Of a stretch of DNA of 64,000 nt, positions 21,642 through 30,309 are shown in pieces; the first letter of the stretch is position 1, and the number at the start of each line of letters is the position of its first letter. The notes beneath the pieces are model-generated. The model saw only the letters and a program-made list of their open reading frames with translations. It searched no databases and was not told where the DNA came from. The translations under genes were made by a program, and so were the position numbers. The DNA lies in assembly GCA_963772165.1 (NCBI GenBank), contig CAVYWA010000011.1, forward strand, positions 229,639-293,638. The letters are read 5' to 3'. The stretch is from an uncultured Bacteroidota bacterium (GTDB lineage: Bacteria > Bacteroidota > Ignavibacteria > UBA10030 > UBA8401).

Positions 21642-22226
21642 ATGAAAAAGCAATTCGTTTTGGCAGTGGCGTTGGCATTATGTGCGGCAAGTTTCGCCCA
21701 ATCGCAGGATACTACTTCGGAGAAGAAGAAAATGAATCATGAGACGGGAGTTTACGGCTTTACGATGAAGACCATCGACGGCAAAGACAAACCGCTTGCG
21801 GATTATAAAGGCGACGTCCTCTTGATCGTGAATGTTGCATCTTTCTGCGGAAACACTCCGCAGTATAAAAACCTTGAGAGCCTTTATGAAGCCTACAAAG
21901 ACAAGGGTTTTAGGATTCTTGCGTTTCCAGCGAATAATTTCGGTCAGCAGGAACCCGGGAACAATGAGGAGATTAAGTCGTTCTGCGATAATACGTACCA
22001 CGTCACATTCGATATGTTTTCTAAAATCAGCGTCAAGGGGGACGACCAGCACCCGTTGTATCGTTATTTAACCACGGGAACGGATTTCAAGGGGGATATC
22101 GGTTGGAACTTCGCAAAATTTCTGGTTGACCGCAATGGCCGTGTTGTTGCCCGGTATGCGCCGAAAAAGATTCCGACGGACGACGAAGTCGTTCAGAAAA
22201 TTAAACAGTTAATCGCGGAAAAATAG
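21642..22226 (+). CDS. gpx: Glutathione peroxidase (Cys-type), with signal peptide
   Basis: The motifs VNVASFCGNTPQY and FPANNFGQQEPG are present. The active-site codon is TGC (21846-21848), not TGA. Confidence 0.9.
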   Translation: MKKQFVLAVALALCAASFAQSQDTTSEKKKMNHETGVYGFTMKTIDGKDKPLADYKGDVLLIVNVASFCGNTPQYKNLESLYEAYKDKGFRILAFPANNFGQQEPGNNEEIKSFCDNTYHVTFDMFSKISVKGDDQHPLYRYLTTGTDFKGDIGWNFAKFLVDRNGRVVARYAPKKIPTDDEVVQKIKQLIAEK

Positions 22227-22227
22227 T

Positions 22228-22492
22228 GTTATTAACTGACGTTACGCAAAAGGCCAAAACCTTTTCATATGTCGCCCCTAACGGGGCTTCATCGATAGCT
22301 CTGGCGCATCACTACAAATATTTCGCTCCTATCGGAGCTTTATTCACTGCTCTAACTCCTATACAGTTGATAGATTGTGAGTCCCGGAGGGACGAAATAT
22401 TTGTAGTTTGAATAACCCACGCTTATTTAAAGCTCCGTAGGAGCGATATAAGAATCATATTGAGGGGCCCTCCGCGTAACGTCAGTTATTAA
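22228..22492. repeat. Composite nested palindromic element (MITE-like, no ORF) starting 2 nt after the gpx stop
   Basis: The outer inverted repeat is GTTATTAACTGACGTTACGC (22228-22247) with GCGTAACGTCAGTTATTAA (22474-22492). The inner perfect 15-bp repeat is ACTACAAATATTTCG (22311-22325) with CGAAATATTTGTAGT (22393-22407). Four 5-bp mini-hairpins are also present. Confidence 0.75.
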
Positions 22493-22569
22493 TTGTCGGG
22501 CACCTTCTTCAATTACCCTTCCGAGTATTTCCATATATCGCAATTTGCCGGTTAAGGTGTGCGGCACTT

Positions 22570-22637
22570 CCTTCGACGCTCCCGTTCCGCTGAAGCGGGA
22601 CGGGATTCAGAATGAGCCATCGCGGCTGAGTCGAACG
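22570..22637. repeat. Palindromic element with a strong central hairpin
   Basis: The arms are CCTTCGACGCTC (22570-22581) and GCTGAGTCGAACG (22625-22637). The central 10-bp stem is CCCGTTCCGC-TGAA-GCGGGACGGG (22581-22604). Confidence 0.55.
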
Positions 22638-22708
22638 ATCTTAGTGTGCTTGGCATTCTTCACTCAGTACATCTATTTCAAAAGCCCTATTACCCCTTCC
22701 TCATTTCG

Positions 22709-22737
22709 TTGATTGTCGTACGATTTATAGGTATATT
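22709..22737 (+). promoter_or_regulatory. Sigma70-type promoter (TTGATT-N17-TATATT) for hisD
   Basis: TTGATT lies at 22709-22714 and TATATT at 22732-22737, 27 nt upstream of the hisD ATG. Confidence 0.5.
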
Positions 22738-22763
22738 TTTTCAGAAATTTATTTCTGAGGATT

Positions 22764-24056
22764 ATGGTACGGCAATTTGACATTCGCTCTTCGCGGTCTA
22801 CCCCCCAAGTATTGATGCGAAAATCCCGGTCATCGTCTCCGGTTATCGGGGAAGCGGTTGCCGCCATTATTCGCCGAGTCCAATTTCAGGGAGATCGCGC
22901 ACTTCGATTCTATACAAAAAAATTCGACGGTGTGGCATTAACGTCTCTCGCTGTGCCTGAAAGGAAAATTCGCAAAGCGTTGGCCGATGCTGATCCTGAA
23001 TTTGTCCGCCTTCTTCGTGAAGCGGCGAAAAATATAAAAAGGTTTCACGAACGCCAGCGGCGTTCAGGGTGGAGAATACGGGAAAAATTCGGCTCCGACC
23101 TGCGGCAGCGGTATCTTCCGGTCGAGCGGGTTGGTGTTTATGTGCCCGGCGGGAAAGCCGCATATCCCTCCACCGTGCTGATGAACGTTATTCCTGCACA
23201 AGTTGCGGGGGTAAAAGATATCGTCCTCGTGTCGCCGCCGGACAGGAACGGAAACGTCCATCGGGACGTGCTCACCGCTGCCGCTATTCTTGGGATCAAA
23301 AAAGTCTTCCGCATTGGCGGCGCGCAGGCTGTCGCGGCCCTTGCATACGGGACAAAATCAATTCCCGTTGTGGACGTTATCGTCGGCCCAGGGAATATTT
23401 TCGTTGCTACGGCGAAAAAGATGTTGTTCGGCAAAGTCGGCATCGACAGCATCGCAGGTCCGAGCGAGATTGTAATTCTTGCCGATGACAGCGCACGCCC
23501 TGATTTTATTGCTTCGGATATTGCAGCTCAGGCTGAACACGACGAATCCGCTTCTTCAATTCTTGTTACAACAAGTCCACCCCTTGCAGAAGCGGTGAAG
23601 AGTGAATTGAAAAGGCTGTTAACCATCCTTCCGAGAAAATCAATTATTGCATCATCGCTTAAAAACCATGGGGCGATATTTCTGGTGAAAGATTTACAAC
23701 AAGGAGTGGAGGTCGTCAATCAACTTGCGCCGGAGCATTTGGAAATTATTACGAAGAACAACGACGCAGTTCTGGAAAATGTTAAAAATGCCGGTTCTAT
23801 TTTTCTCGGAAACTTCTCTCCGGTAGCCGTTGGCGATTACTTTGCCGGGCCAAACCATGTCCTTCCGACGGAAGGCACGGCCCGTTTCTTTTCACCGCTT
23901 TCGGTCGAAACGTTTATGAAGAGATCGAGCGTCGTCAATTACTCCAGGCGGACAATGGAATCTGTCAGCGAGAAAGTCGCACGGTTTGCCGAACGCGAGG
24001 GACTGACGGCGCATGCTCTTTCTGCCCGCTTGCGCGGAAGGGGGAAACGACGGTGA
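22764..24056 (+). CDS. hisD: Histidinol dehydrogenase
   Basis: 430 aa, with the motifs AQAEHDE and PNHVLPT. Confidence 0.93.
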   Translation: MVRQFDIRSSRSTPQVLMRKSRSSSPVIGEAVAAIIRRVQFQGDRALRFYTKKFDGVALTSLAVPERKIRKALADADPEFVRLLREAAKNIKRFHERQRRSGWRIREKFGSDLRQRYLPVERVGVYVPGGKAAYPSTVLMNVIPAQVAGVKDIVLVSPPDRNGNVHRDVLTAAAILGIKKVFRIGGAQAVAALAYGTKSIPVVDVIVGPGNIFVATAKKMLFGKVGIDSIAGPSEIVILADDSARPDFIASDIAAQAEHDESASSILVTTSPPLAEAVKSELKRLLTILPRKSIIASSLKNHGAIFLVKDLQQGVEVVNQLAPEHLEIITKNNDAVLENVKNAGSIFLGNFSPVAVGDYFAGPNHVLPTEGTARFFSPLSVETFMKRSSVVNYSRRTMESVSEKVARFAEREGLTAHALSARLRGRGKRR

Positions 24057-25126
24057 ATTTTCGCGACAACATCAAGCAAAGTGTGAGGGCTTTGGAGACG
24101 TATGCCGTTAAGGGAAAAACGCTTCAACCCGGCCTCATCAAGCTCAATCAGAATGAAAACCCGTTCGATGTGCCCGACGGAATCAAGCGCGAGCTTGTTG
24201 AAGAGTTTCTGAAAAATCCATGGAACCGGTACCCGGAAGTTTTTCCCGGTGAACTGCTCCAGGCGCTTTCTTCGTTCGTTCGCCATCCGGTAGAAGGGAT
24301 TATCGCAGGGAACGGCTCGAACGAGTTGATGTACACGATCCTCATGGCAACAGTATCACGAGGAACGAAGGTACTGATTCCGTCTCCTTCATTTTTCCTG
24401 TACGAAAAAGCGGTTAAAGTGTTTGACGGCGAGGTCGTATCGGTCATGATGAAAGATGACCTATCGTTTGCGCCGGAAGAAATTCTGCGCTCTGCCGGAA
24501 TAGAAAAACCGGCGCTTATTGTACTTGTTTCCCCCAATAGCCCGACAGGCCAGTCGTTGCCGGTCGGTGATGTTGAAAAAATCCTCGCGGGCACTTCATC
24601 TCTTGTCCTTGTCGATGAAGCCTATATCGAGTTTTCTGAAAAACAAAGCGTTCAATCACTCCTCGAAAAGTACGACCGGCTCATTATTTTGCGGACGTTT
24701 TCGAAGGCTTTCAGCATGGCCGGGCTCAGGATCGGTTATCTTCTTGCGGGGCCGGCGTTATGTGCTGAACTGTTGAAGCCGAAAATTCCGTTCACTGTGA
24801 ACGCCTTTTCGGCATCGGTCGCCAAAAAGTTAATGGAACGGAAAGAAGTCGTCGATGAACGGATTGCGTTTATCAAAAATCAAAAAAAGATTCTGTTCAA
24901 CGCTCTTCGTTCGCTCAATGGCGTTGAAGTATTTTCTTCTGACACAAATTTTCTTATCTTTAGGACGCGCCAGGATGCCGGTTTGCTGTTTCAACGGCTC
25001 CTCCAGCGAAACGTCCTTGTCCGCGATGTCAGTTCATATCCGATGCTCGAACGGACGCTCCGCGTTAATGTGGGTACAGAAATGGAAAACAAAACATTTC
25101 TTGCCGTGCTCCGAGAACTTCTGTGA
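24053..25126 (+). CDS. hisC: Histidinol-phosphate aminotransferase
   Basis: The GTG start overlaps the hisD stop. The PLP-lysine motif LRTFSKAFSMAGLRIGY is present. Confidence 0.9.
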   Translation: MNFRDNIKQSVRALETYAVKGKTLQPGLIKLNQNENPFDVPDGIKRELVEEFLKNPWNRYPEVFPGELLQALSSFVRHPVEGIIAGNGSNELMYTILMATVSRGTKVLIPSPSFFLYEKAVKVFDGEVVSVMMKDDLSFAPEEILRSAGIEKPALIVLVSPNSPTGQSLPVGDVEKILAGTSSLVLVDEAYIEFSEKQSVQSLLEKYDRLIILRTFSKAFSMAGLRIGYLLAGPALCAELLKPKIPFTVNAFSASVAKKLMERKEVVDERIAFIKNQKKILFNALRSLNGVEVFSSDTNFLIFRTRQDAGLLFQRLLQRNVLVRDVSSYPMLERTLRVNVGTEMENKTFLAVLRELL

Positions 25127-25142
25127 ATACTTCTAAAGCGCT

Positions 25143-25889
25143 ATGAAAATTTTAGTCTTCGTCAACCACGTCCCCGACACTGAAACAAAAGTAAAAGTTG
25201 CCGCTGATGGAAAAACCATCGATACGGCGGGGGTGAACTTTATGCTGAACCCGTACGACGAATATGCGGTCGAAGAAGGATTGAAGTTGCGGGAAAAATT
25301 CTCGGGCGAGGCGGTTGTCGTTTCGGTGGGCAGCGATACACACAAAGAAGCTCTTCGCAAGGCATTGGCGATGGGCTGCGATAAGGCCGTGCTGCTGAAG
25401 GATTCTTCAACGAACGACTCATTTGCGGTCGCCCGCGCGCTTGCCGACTATGCGAAAGAATACTCCCCCGACGTCGTGTTGTGCGGAAAACAATCCATCG
25501 ATTACGATGATGCTCAAGTCGGCGGCCTGGTGGCTGAAATGCTCGGCATGCCGTCCATTTCTGTCGTTGTGAAATTGGAAATTGCATCGGGTGCTGTTGT
25601 GGCGGAAAGAGAAATCGAAGGGGGCAACGAGGTCGTTCATTCCAAATTACCCGTAGTCATCATGGCCCAAAAAGGCTTGAACCAGCCGCGTTATCCGTCA
25701 TTAAAGGGAATTATGGAAGCAAAGCGGAAACAAATTGAAGAGCGTACGATCAGCCCCGTTGAAGCTAAGGTCGAGGTTCTCGCATTGAAGAAACCGGCGC
25801 CGAAAGCTTCCGGTAAAATTGTGGGAACAGACGCTTCTGCGGTTCCAGAACTCGTCCGCTTGCTGCGCGAAGAAGCGAAAGTGATTTGA
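25143..25889 (+). CDS. etfB: Electron transfer flavoprotein, beta subunit
   Basis: 248 aa with the N-terminus MKILVFVNHVPDTE. It is paired with etfA. Confidence 0.9.
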   Translation: MKILVFVNHVPDTETKVKVAADGKTIDTAGVNFMLNPYDEYAVEEGLKLREKFSGEAVVVSVGSDTHKEALRKALAMGCDKAVLLKDSSTNDSFAVARALADYAKEYSPDVVLCGKQSIDYDDAQVGGLVAEMLGMPSISVVVKLEIASGAVVAEREIEGGNEVVHSKLPVVIMAQKGLNQPRYPSLKGIMEAKRKQIEERTISPVEAKVEVLALKKPAPKASGKIVGTDASAVPELVRLLREEAKVI

Positions 25890-25911
25890 TTTTATGCAGG
25901 AACGATGACTT

Positions 25912-26886
25912 ATGAAGATCATAGCATTTGCTGAGCAACGAAATAACCGATTCAGGAAAACTGCTTTCGAAGTGGTCCGGGCAGCGAAAGCGGTTGGGGA
26001 CCAGCTGACGGCAGAAGTCGTAGCGTTGGTTGTCGGTGGAAGTGTCTCTTCGATTGCGGGTGAAGTCGGGGCGTATGGTGCGGCGAACGTGCTCGTTGTT
26101 GAAGATGCCCGGCTCGAGAATTATTCGACGACCGCGTACGCGAAAGTTGTCGCAGAAATTGTCCGGCAGGAGTCGGCCGACATAGTTTTTTTTCCGGCGA
26201 GCTCTTTGGGAAAAGATCTTTCGCCGCGGGTGTCGGTGAAAATCGATGCAGGGTTGGCAACAGAGTGCACGGCACTTCGCGTTGAACATGGCGATATCGT
26301 AGCCACGCGTCCCGTCTATGCTGGAAAAGGGATGGTTGATGTGCGCGTAAAATCGCACGTGAAAATGTTTTCTCTCCGGCCGAACGTTTTTTCTGCGGGC
26401 ACAGCATCTCCTGCGTCGGCTGTTGTGGAGAAAAGGGAAGTACTGCTTACGGATGACGATTTCGGCGCTATGGCAAAAGAGATAAAAACGTCGAGCGGGA
26501 AGAAAGATGTCGCGGAGGCCGACATCATTGTTTCCGGCGGGCGAGGGTTGAAAGGCCCGGAGAATTTTTCATTGATCGAGGAGCTTGCGGCGACATTGAA
26601 TGCCGCCGTCGGTGCATCCCGTGCCGTCGTTGACGCAGGATGGAGGCCGCACGATGAACAAGTAGGGCAAACGGGAAAGACGGTAGCGCCGTCTCTCTAT
26701 ATCGCTGTTGCAATTTCCGGCGCGGTGCAGCATCTTGCCGGAATGTCGTCCTCAAAATTCATCGTTGCCATCAACAAGGACAAGGACGCGCCGATTTTTT
26801 CTGTTGCCGATTACGGCATTGTCGGCGATGCGTTTGACGTAGTACCGGCACTGACGGCAGAACTCAAAAAAGCGAAAGAGAAATAA
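25912..26886 (+). CDS. etfA: Electron transfer flavoprotein, alpha subunit
   Basis: The FAD-binding C-terminal motif [17 protein letters not shown] is present. Confidence 0.9.
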   Translation: MKIIAFAEQRNNRFRKTAFEVVRAAKAVGDQLTAEVVALVVGGSVSSIAGEVGAYGAANVLVVEDARLENYSTTAYAKVVAEIVRQESADIVFFPASSLGKDLSPRVSVKIDAGLATECTALRVEHGDIVATRPVYAGKGMVDVRVKSHVKMFSLRPNVFSAGTASPASAVVEKREVLLTDDDFGAMAKEIKTSSGKKDVAEADIIVSGGRGLKGPENFSLIEELAATLNAAVGASRAVVDAGWRPHDEQVGQTGKTVAPSLYIAVAISGAVQHLAGMSSSKFIVAINKDKDAPIFSVADYGIVGDAFDVVPALTAELKKAKEK

Positions 26887-26974
26887 AAAGCAAATGTGAC
26901 GCTGTGAGTTGCTATTCAGAGGGTTTTTTTATATACTCGCTTTAGGCGGTAAAAATTTTCTGAGAGGATTTGGC

Positions 26975-27559
26975 GTGGAGAAAGTTCAGGTTGATATTTT
27001 AGGATTATCGACGAGTCCCTCAAGCGGCGGCGCGTATGCGTTGATCCTGAAAGAGATGAACGGCAATCGACGATTGCCGATTATCATCGGCGCGTTTGAA
27101 GCTCAGTCCATTGCGCTGGAGATGGAAGGAATTAAGCCGCCCCGTCCGCTCACGCACGACCTGATGAAAAATATCATCGATACATTCGGCGTGTCGCTGC
27201 AAGACGTGTACATCAATGAACTGCGCGACGGTACTTTCTACGCAAAGATAACGATCGAAGGGGTGAGCGAAAGCCAGGAAGTTGACTCGCGGCCAAGCGA
27301 CGCCATCGCACTCGCGGTGCGGTACGGTGTGCCGATATTTGTCGCCGATGAGGTCTTGAATGAAGCCGGCATTGTTGCCGAGAGCGAAGAGGAAGAGACG
27401 GGCACCGAACCGAAAACCGAGCCGCCCGCAGTCATCAAGAAACATACTTCAAAACTCGAACAACTGCAGACATCGCTGCACGAAGCGATCGAAAAAGAAG
27501 AGTACGAAAAAGCTGCCAAACTCCGCGATGACATCCGCAAACTGACAATGGGTGATTGA
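26975..27559 (+). CDS. Bifunctional nuclease (DUF151) with C-terminal UVR motif
   Basis: The GTG start follows a GAGAGGA RBS. The motifs RRLPIIIGAFEAQSIA and RPLTHDL are present, with a C-terminal EEYEKAAKLRDDIRKL. Confidence 0.75.
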   Translation: MEKVQVDILGLSTSPSSGGAYALILKEMNGNRRLPIIIGAFEAQSIALEMEGIKPPRPLTHDLMKNIIDTFGVSLQDVYINELRDGTFYAKITIEGVSESQEVDSRPSDAIALAVRYGVPIFVADEVLNEAGIVAESEEEETGTEPKTEPPAVIKKHTSKLEQLQTSLHEAIEKEEYEKAAKLRDDIRKLTMGD

Positions 27560-27578
27560 TGAGAATCACAGCGTCGTC

Positions 27579-28295
27579 TCAGTGATGAGTGACGAGATCC
27601 TTCATTTCTTTTACCGCACGTTCCAATCCGACAAACATCGCGCGCGAAATAATAGCATGGCCGATGCTCATTTCATCGATAAAGGGAATATCAGCAACCG
27701 GCCTCACGTTGGTATAATTCAAACCATGGCCCGCATTGACACCTAACCCCAGTTTCTTCCCGTGCTCGGCCAACGTGCCGATCTTCTGCAGGAGTTTCTG
27801 CTGAACAGCCGGCGATCGGGCTTCGGCATATTCTCCGGTGTGAATTTCCACCATGTCTGCCCCGATGTCGTTCGATACGTCGATCTGCTTCTTTACGGGA
27901 TCGACAAAGAGACTCACAAGAATATTCTTGTCATGCATTTTGCGAATTGTTTTCTCGATCCTCGCACGTTGTCGGACGACATCGAGCCCTCCCTCGGTGG
28001 TCAGCTCCTGGCGTTTCTCTGGAACAAGGGTTACGAGGTCGGGCACAATTTTCAAAGCAATGGCGACAATTTCTTCCGTTGCCGCCATTTCAAGGTCTAA
28101 TTTTGTCGTCAGCGATTTTCGTAACCGGAGGACATCACGGTCATTGATGTGGCGCCGGTCTTCGCGCAAATGACAGACAATACCGTCCGCGCCCGCCTGC
28201 TCACAGATTGCCGCCGCTGCAACCGGGTCCGGTTCCATGCCGCCGCGAGCCTGTCGTACCGTTGCAATGTGGTCAATGTTTACCGAAAGCTTCAT
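27579..28295 (-). CDS. pdxJ: Pyridoxine 5'-phosphate synthase
   Basis: The motif MKLSVNIDHIATVRQARG is present. The start was trimmed from 28355 to the ATG at 28295. Confidence 0.93.
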   Translation of the reverse strand: MKLSVNIDHIATVRQARGGMEPDPVAAAAICEQAGADGIVCHLREDRRHINDRDVLRLRKSLTTKLDLEMAATEEIVAIALKIVPDLVTLVPEKRQELTTEGGLDVVRQRARIEKTIRKMHDKNILVSLFVDPVKKQIDVSNDIGADMVEIHTGEYAEARSPAVQQKLLQKIGTLAEHGKKLGLGVNAGHGLNYTNVRPVADIPFIDEMSIGHAIISRAMFVGLERAVKEMKDLVTHH

Positions 28296-28350
28296 CTTTC
28301 CTTTTGTTCCGATTGAAGTTGATAGCAAAATAAACGAAATTCGATGAAGA

Positions 28351-28370
28351 ATCACAATAGCTATTGTGAT
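28351..28370. promoter_or_regulatory. Perfect 20-nt palindrome, candidate operator
   Basis: ATCACAATAG|CTATTGTGAT is an exact palindrome. It lies 56 nt upstream of the pdxJ start, in a divergent intergenic region. Confidence 0.3.
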
Positions 28371-28582
28371 GGCGCTGCACTTTGCTCATCAATACAGCTT
28401 TCGAACACGTTTTTGATTTATCTCGCGGCATAGTTCAGCAGACCGCGATTTCTTGGATACGGTGTCCGCCAGATCCATAGACTATTACACGACCTTATTC
28501 TGCAGGCCGCAACTTTTTTAGACGCGAACCGTATTCCAGTGGGGGAACATGATTTGAAACTTCTCTATGCGAGGCGCCTTCC

Positions 28583-30256
28583 ATGAATAAAAAATTACCC
28601 CTTATTTTTATCTCTTTTTTCTTCTTTATCGTGACGTCCGATTCATTGATTGCACAAACAGACCATAGCCCCTATCTCTTTACACGGGACGTGGTGGACA
28701 GTGTAACGAATGACGACCGGATTGGCGCGTTTGTGGACGATCTGCTCCAGAAAATCGAGTCCGACGTAGAAGGCATGGTTCGAGATCGAAATAGAGAACG
28801 TGAAGAGGATTTTGATTCGGCGTCGGCATCCCGTCGGTACCATTCTGCGGAAAGTGCGGTGACGTTTTCGGGAAACACAAGCATCGACCCAAGCGATACG
28901 ATTGACGGTAATATCGTCGTGAAGGGAGGGACGCTTACGGTTACCGGCCTTGTACAGGGCGACGCCCTGGCAATTAACGGAGATATTGTAGTAAAAGATG
29001 GCGGCAAAATTACCGGCAATGCGCGCGCTATCAATGGCAAAGTCGTGAAAGAGGGGAACGGAACGATAGGAGGGTCCAGCGAAGAAACTTCATCGGCGCG
29101 TGATGCCGTTTACATGAGGCCGGGGTATGAACCGAGCAGGTCGTACCGATTCAATCAACTATGGCTGGATGAAAACGAGTTTCCGGATCATTTCCTTTTT
29201 CGCTATAACAGAGTCGATGGGTTGTTCCTGGGGTTAGGGACGGAGAAAAAATTTTACTGGGATGGAAGTAAGGTCATCTCGGGGTTCGGCTCAGCAGGAT
29301 ATGCATTTAGAATCCATCGATGGCGTTTAAATCTGGGGTTGGACAGGCAGTTTGCTACGGACAATGCGTTGTACGAAGTTGGTGCGGAAGGACATAACCT
29401 TACGGATACAAAAGATGAATGGATCATGAAGTTAGGCGAAAATAACATTACGTCTCTTCTTTGGCATGAAGACTACCGTGATTATTTTACGCGCCAGGGC
29501 TTTTCTTTAAACGCTGCGCGGTACACGAGAGGAAGCGATTTCACCTCACAGCTTAGAGTCCAATACCTTATCGACGATTACTCGTCGTTGTCGAAAGAAA
29601 CTGACTGGTCGTTGTTTAGGCCGAGCCATAGTTTTCGCGATAACCCGGCAGTGGCGGAAGGGACGATGCGCAGTATTTTAGGAACTGCCGGCTTGAGTAC
29701 GCTCGAAGGGCACGGTCGAAGGACTGTTGGCTGGAATATTTTTGCAAGCGTTGAACGTGCCGGCGATCAATTCGGCGGGGATTTTAAGTTCACGCAGGCC
29801 GTTATTGATGTCCGCCGGTTTCAGCCTCTCTCAGAATATGACAAGATCAATTTTCGAGTTCGAGTCGGGTCGCTGGCGGGAGACTACATTCCGCAAAAAT
29901 CGTTCGAGATCGGAGGAGCGAACACACTCCCGGCGTACAGCTTTAAGGAGTTTGCCGGTAACAGGATGCTCTTAGGGAATTTTGAATATGTGCTCAACGG
30001 GCGATTGATGGAGGATCAATTCTTTTGGCCAAGCAGCCTGAATTTTATAGCTTTTGCCGACGCCGGTGCTGCGTCGCTTGTTCCAACAACAAAGACGATC
30101 ACAGACGGGTTTTCATCGATCAATGAAAACACTATTAAGTCCGACTTGGGTTTTGCACTGGGCTGGCACGATGAAAGTTGGCGGCTCGGTTTCGCGTGGC
30201 GCACCGACGTGCAGTCGCCCGTCAGCGTTTTTCTGCGGCTGAATAGGCCGTTCTGA
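28583..30256 (+). CDS. Secreted protein: bactofilin-like beta-helix repeats fused to an Omp85-type C-terminal beta-barrel (no POTRA)
   Basis: A signal peptide is present. The repeats are GNIVVKGGTLTVTGLVQGDALAINGDIVVKDGGKITGNARAINGKVVKEGNG. The barrel region GGANTLPAYSFKEFAGN...FEY ends in a terminal Phe (LNRPF). Confidence 0.55.
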   Translation: MNKKLPLIFISFFFFIVTSDSLIAQTDHSPYLFTRDVVDSVTNDDRIGAFVDDLLQKIESDVEGMVRDRNREREEDFDSASASRRYHSAESAVTFSGNTSIDPSDTIDGNIVVKGGTLTVTGLVQGDALAINGDIVVKDGGKITGNARAINGKVVKEGNGTIGGSSEETSSARDAVYMRPGYEPSRSYRFNQLWLDENEFPDHFLFRYNRVDGLFLGLGTEKKFYWDGSKVISGFGSAGYAFRIHRWRLNLGLDRQFATDNALYEVGAEGHNLTDTKDEWIMKLGENNITSLLWHEDYRDYFTRQGFSLNAARYTRGSDFTSQLRVQYLIDDYSSLSKETDWSLFRPSHSFRDNPAVAEGTMRSILGTAGLSTLEGHGRRTVGWNIFASVERAGDQFGGDFKFTQAVIDVRRFQPLSEYDKINFRVRVGSLAGDYIPQKSFEIGGANTLPAYSFKEFAGNRMLLGNFEYVLNGRLMEDQFFWPSSLNFIAFADAGAASLVPTTKTITDGFSSINENTIKSDLGFALGWHDESWRLGFAWRTDVQSPVSVFLRLNRPF

Positions 30257-30277
30257 GTTCAACATCATTGCATCAAC

Positions 30278-30309
30278 AAAAAACTCAACCTGCGGGTTGA
30301 GTTTTTTAT
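30278..30309. terminator. Bidirectional rho-independent terminator
   Basis: The sequence is AAAAAACTCAACC-TGCG-GGTTGAGTTTTTT. A-tracts and T-tracts on both sides could serve the convergent genes. Confidence 0.75.

Noticed and set aside
21846-21848. Selenocysteine recoding in glutathione peroxidase.
   Set aside because: The active-site codon is TGC (Cys) in VASFCGNT. There is no in-frame TGA, so this is an ordinary Cys-type peroxidase.
22228-22492. Integron attC site interpretation of the 265-nt palindrome.
   Set aside because: The termini (GTTATTAAC... and ...GTTATTAA) do not fit the RYYYAAC/GTTRRRY core sites. No integrase or cassette array is present.
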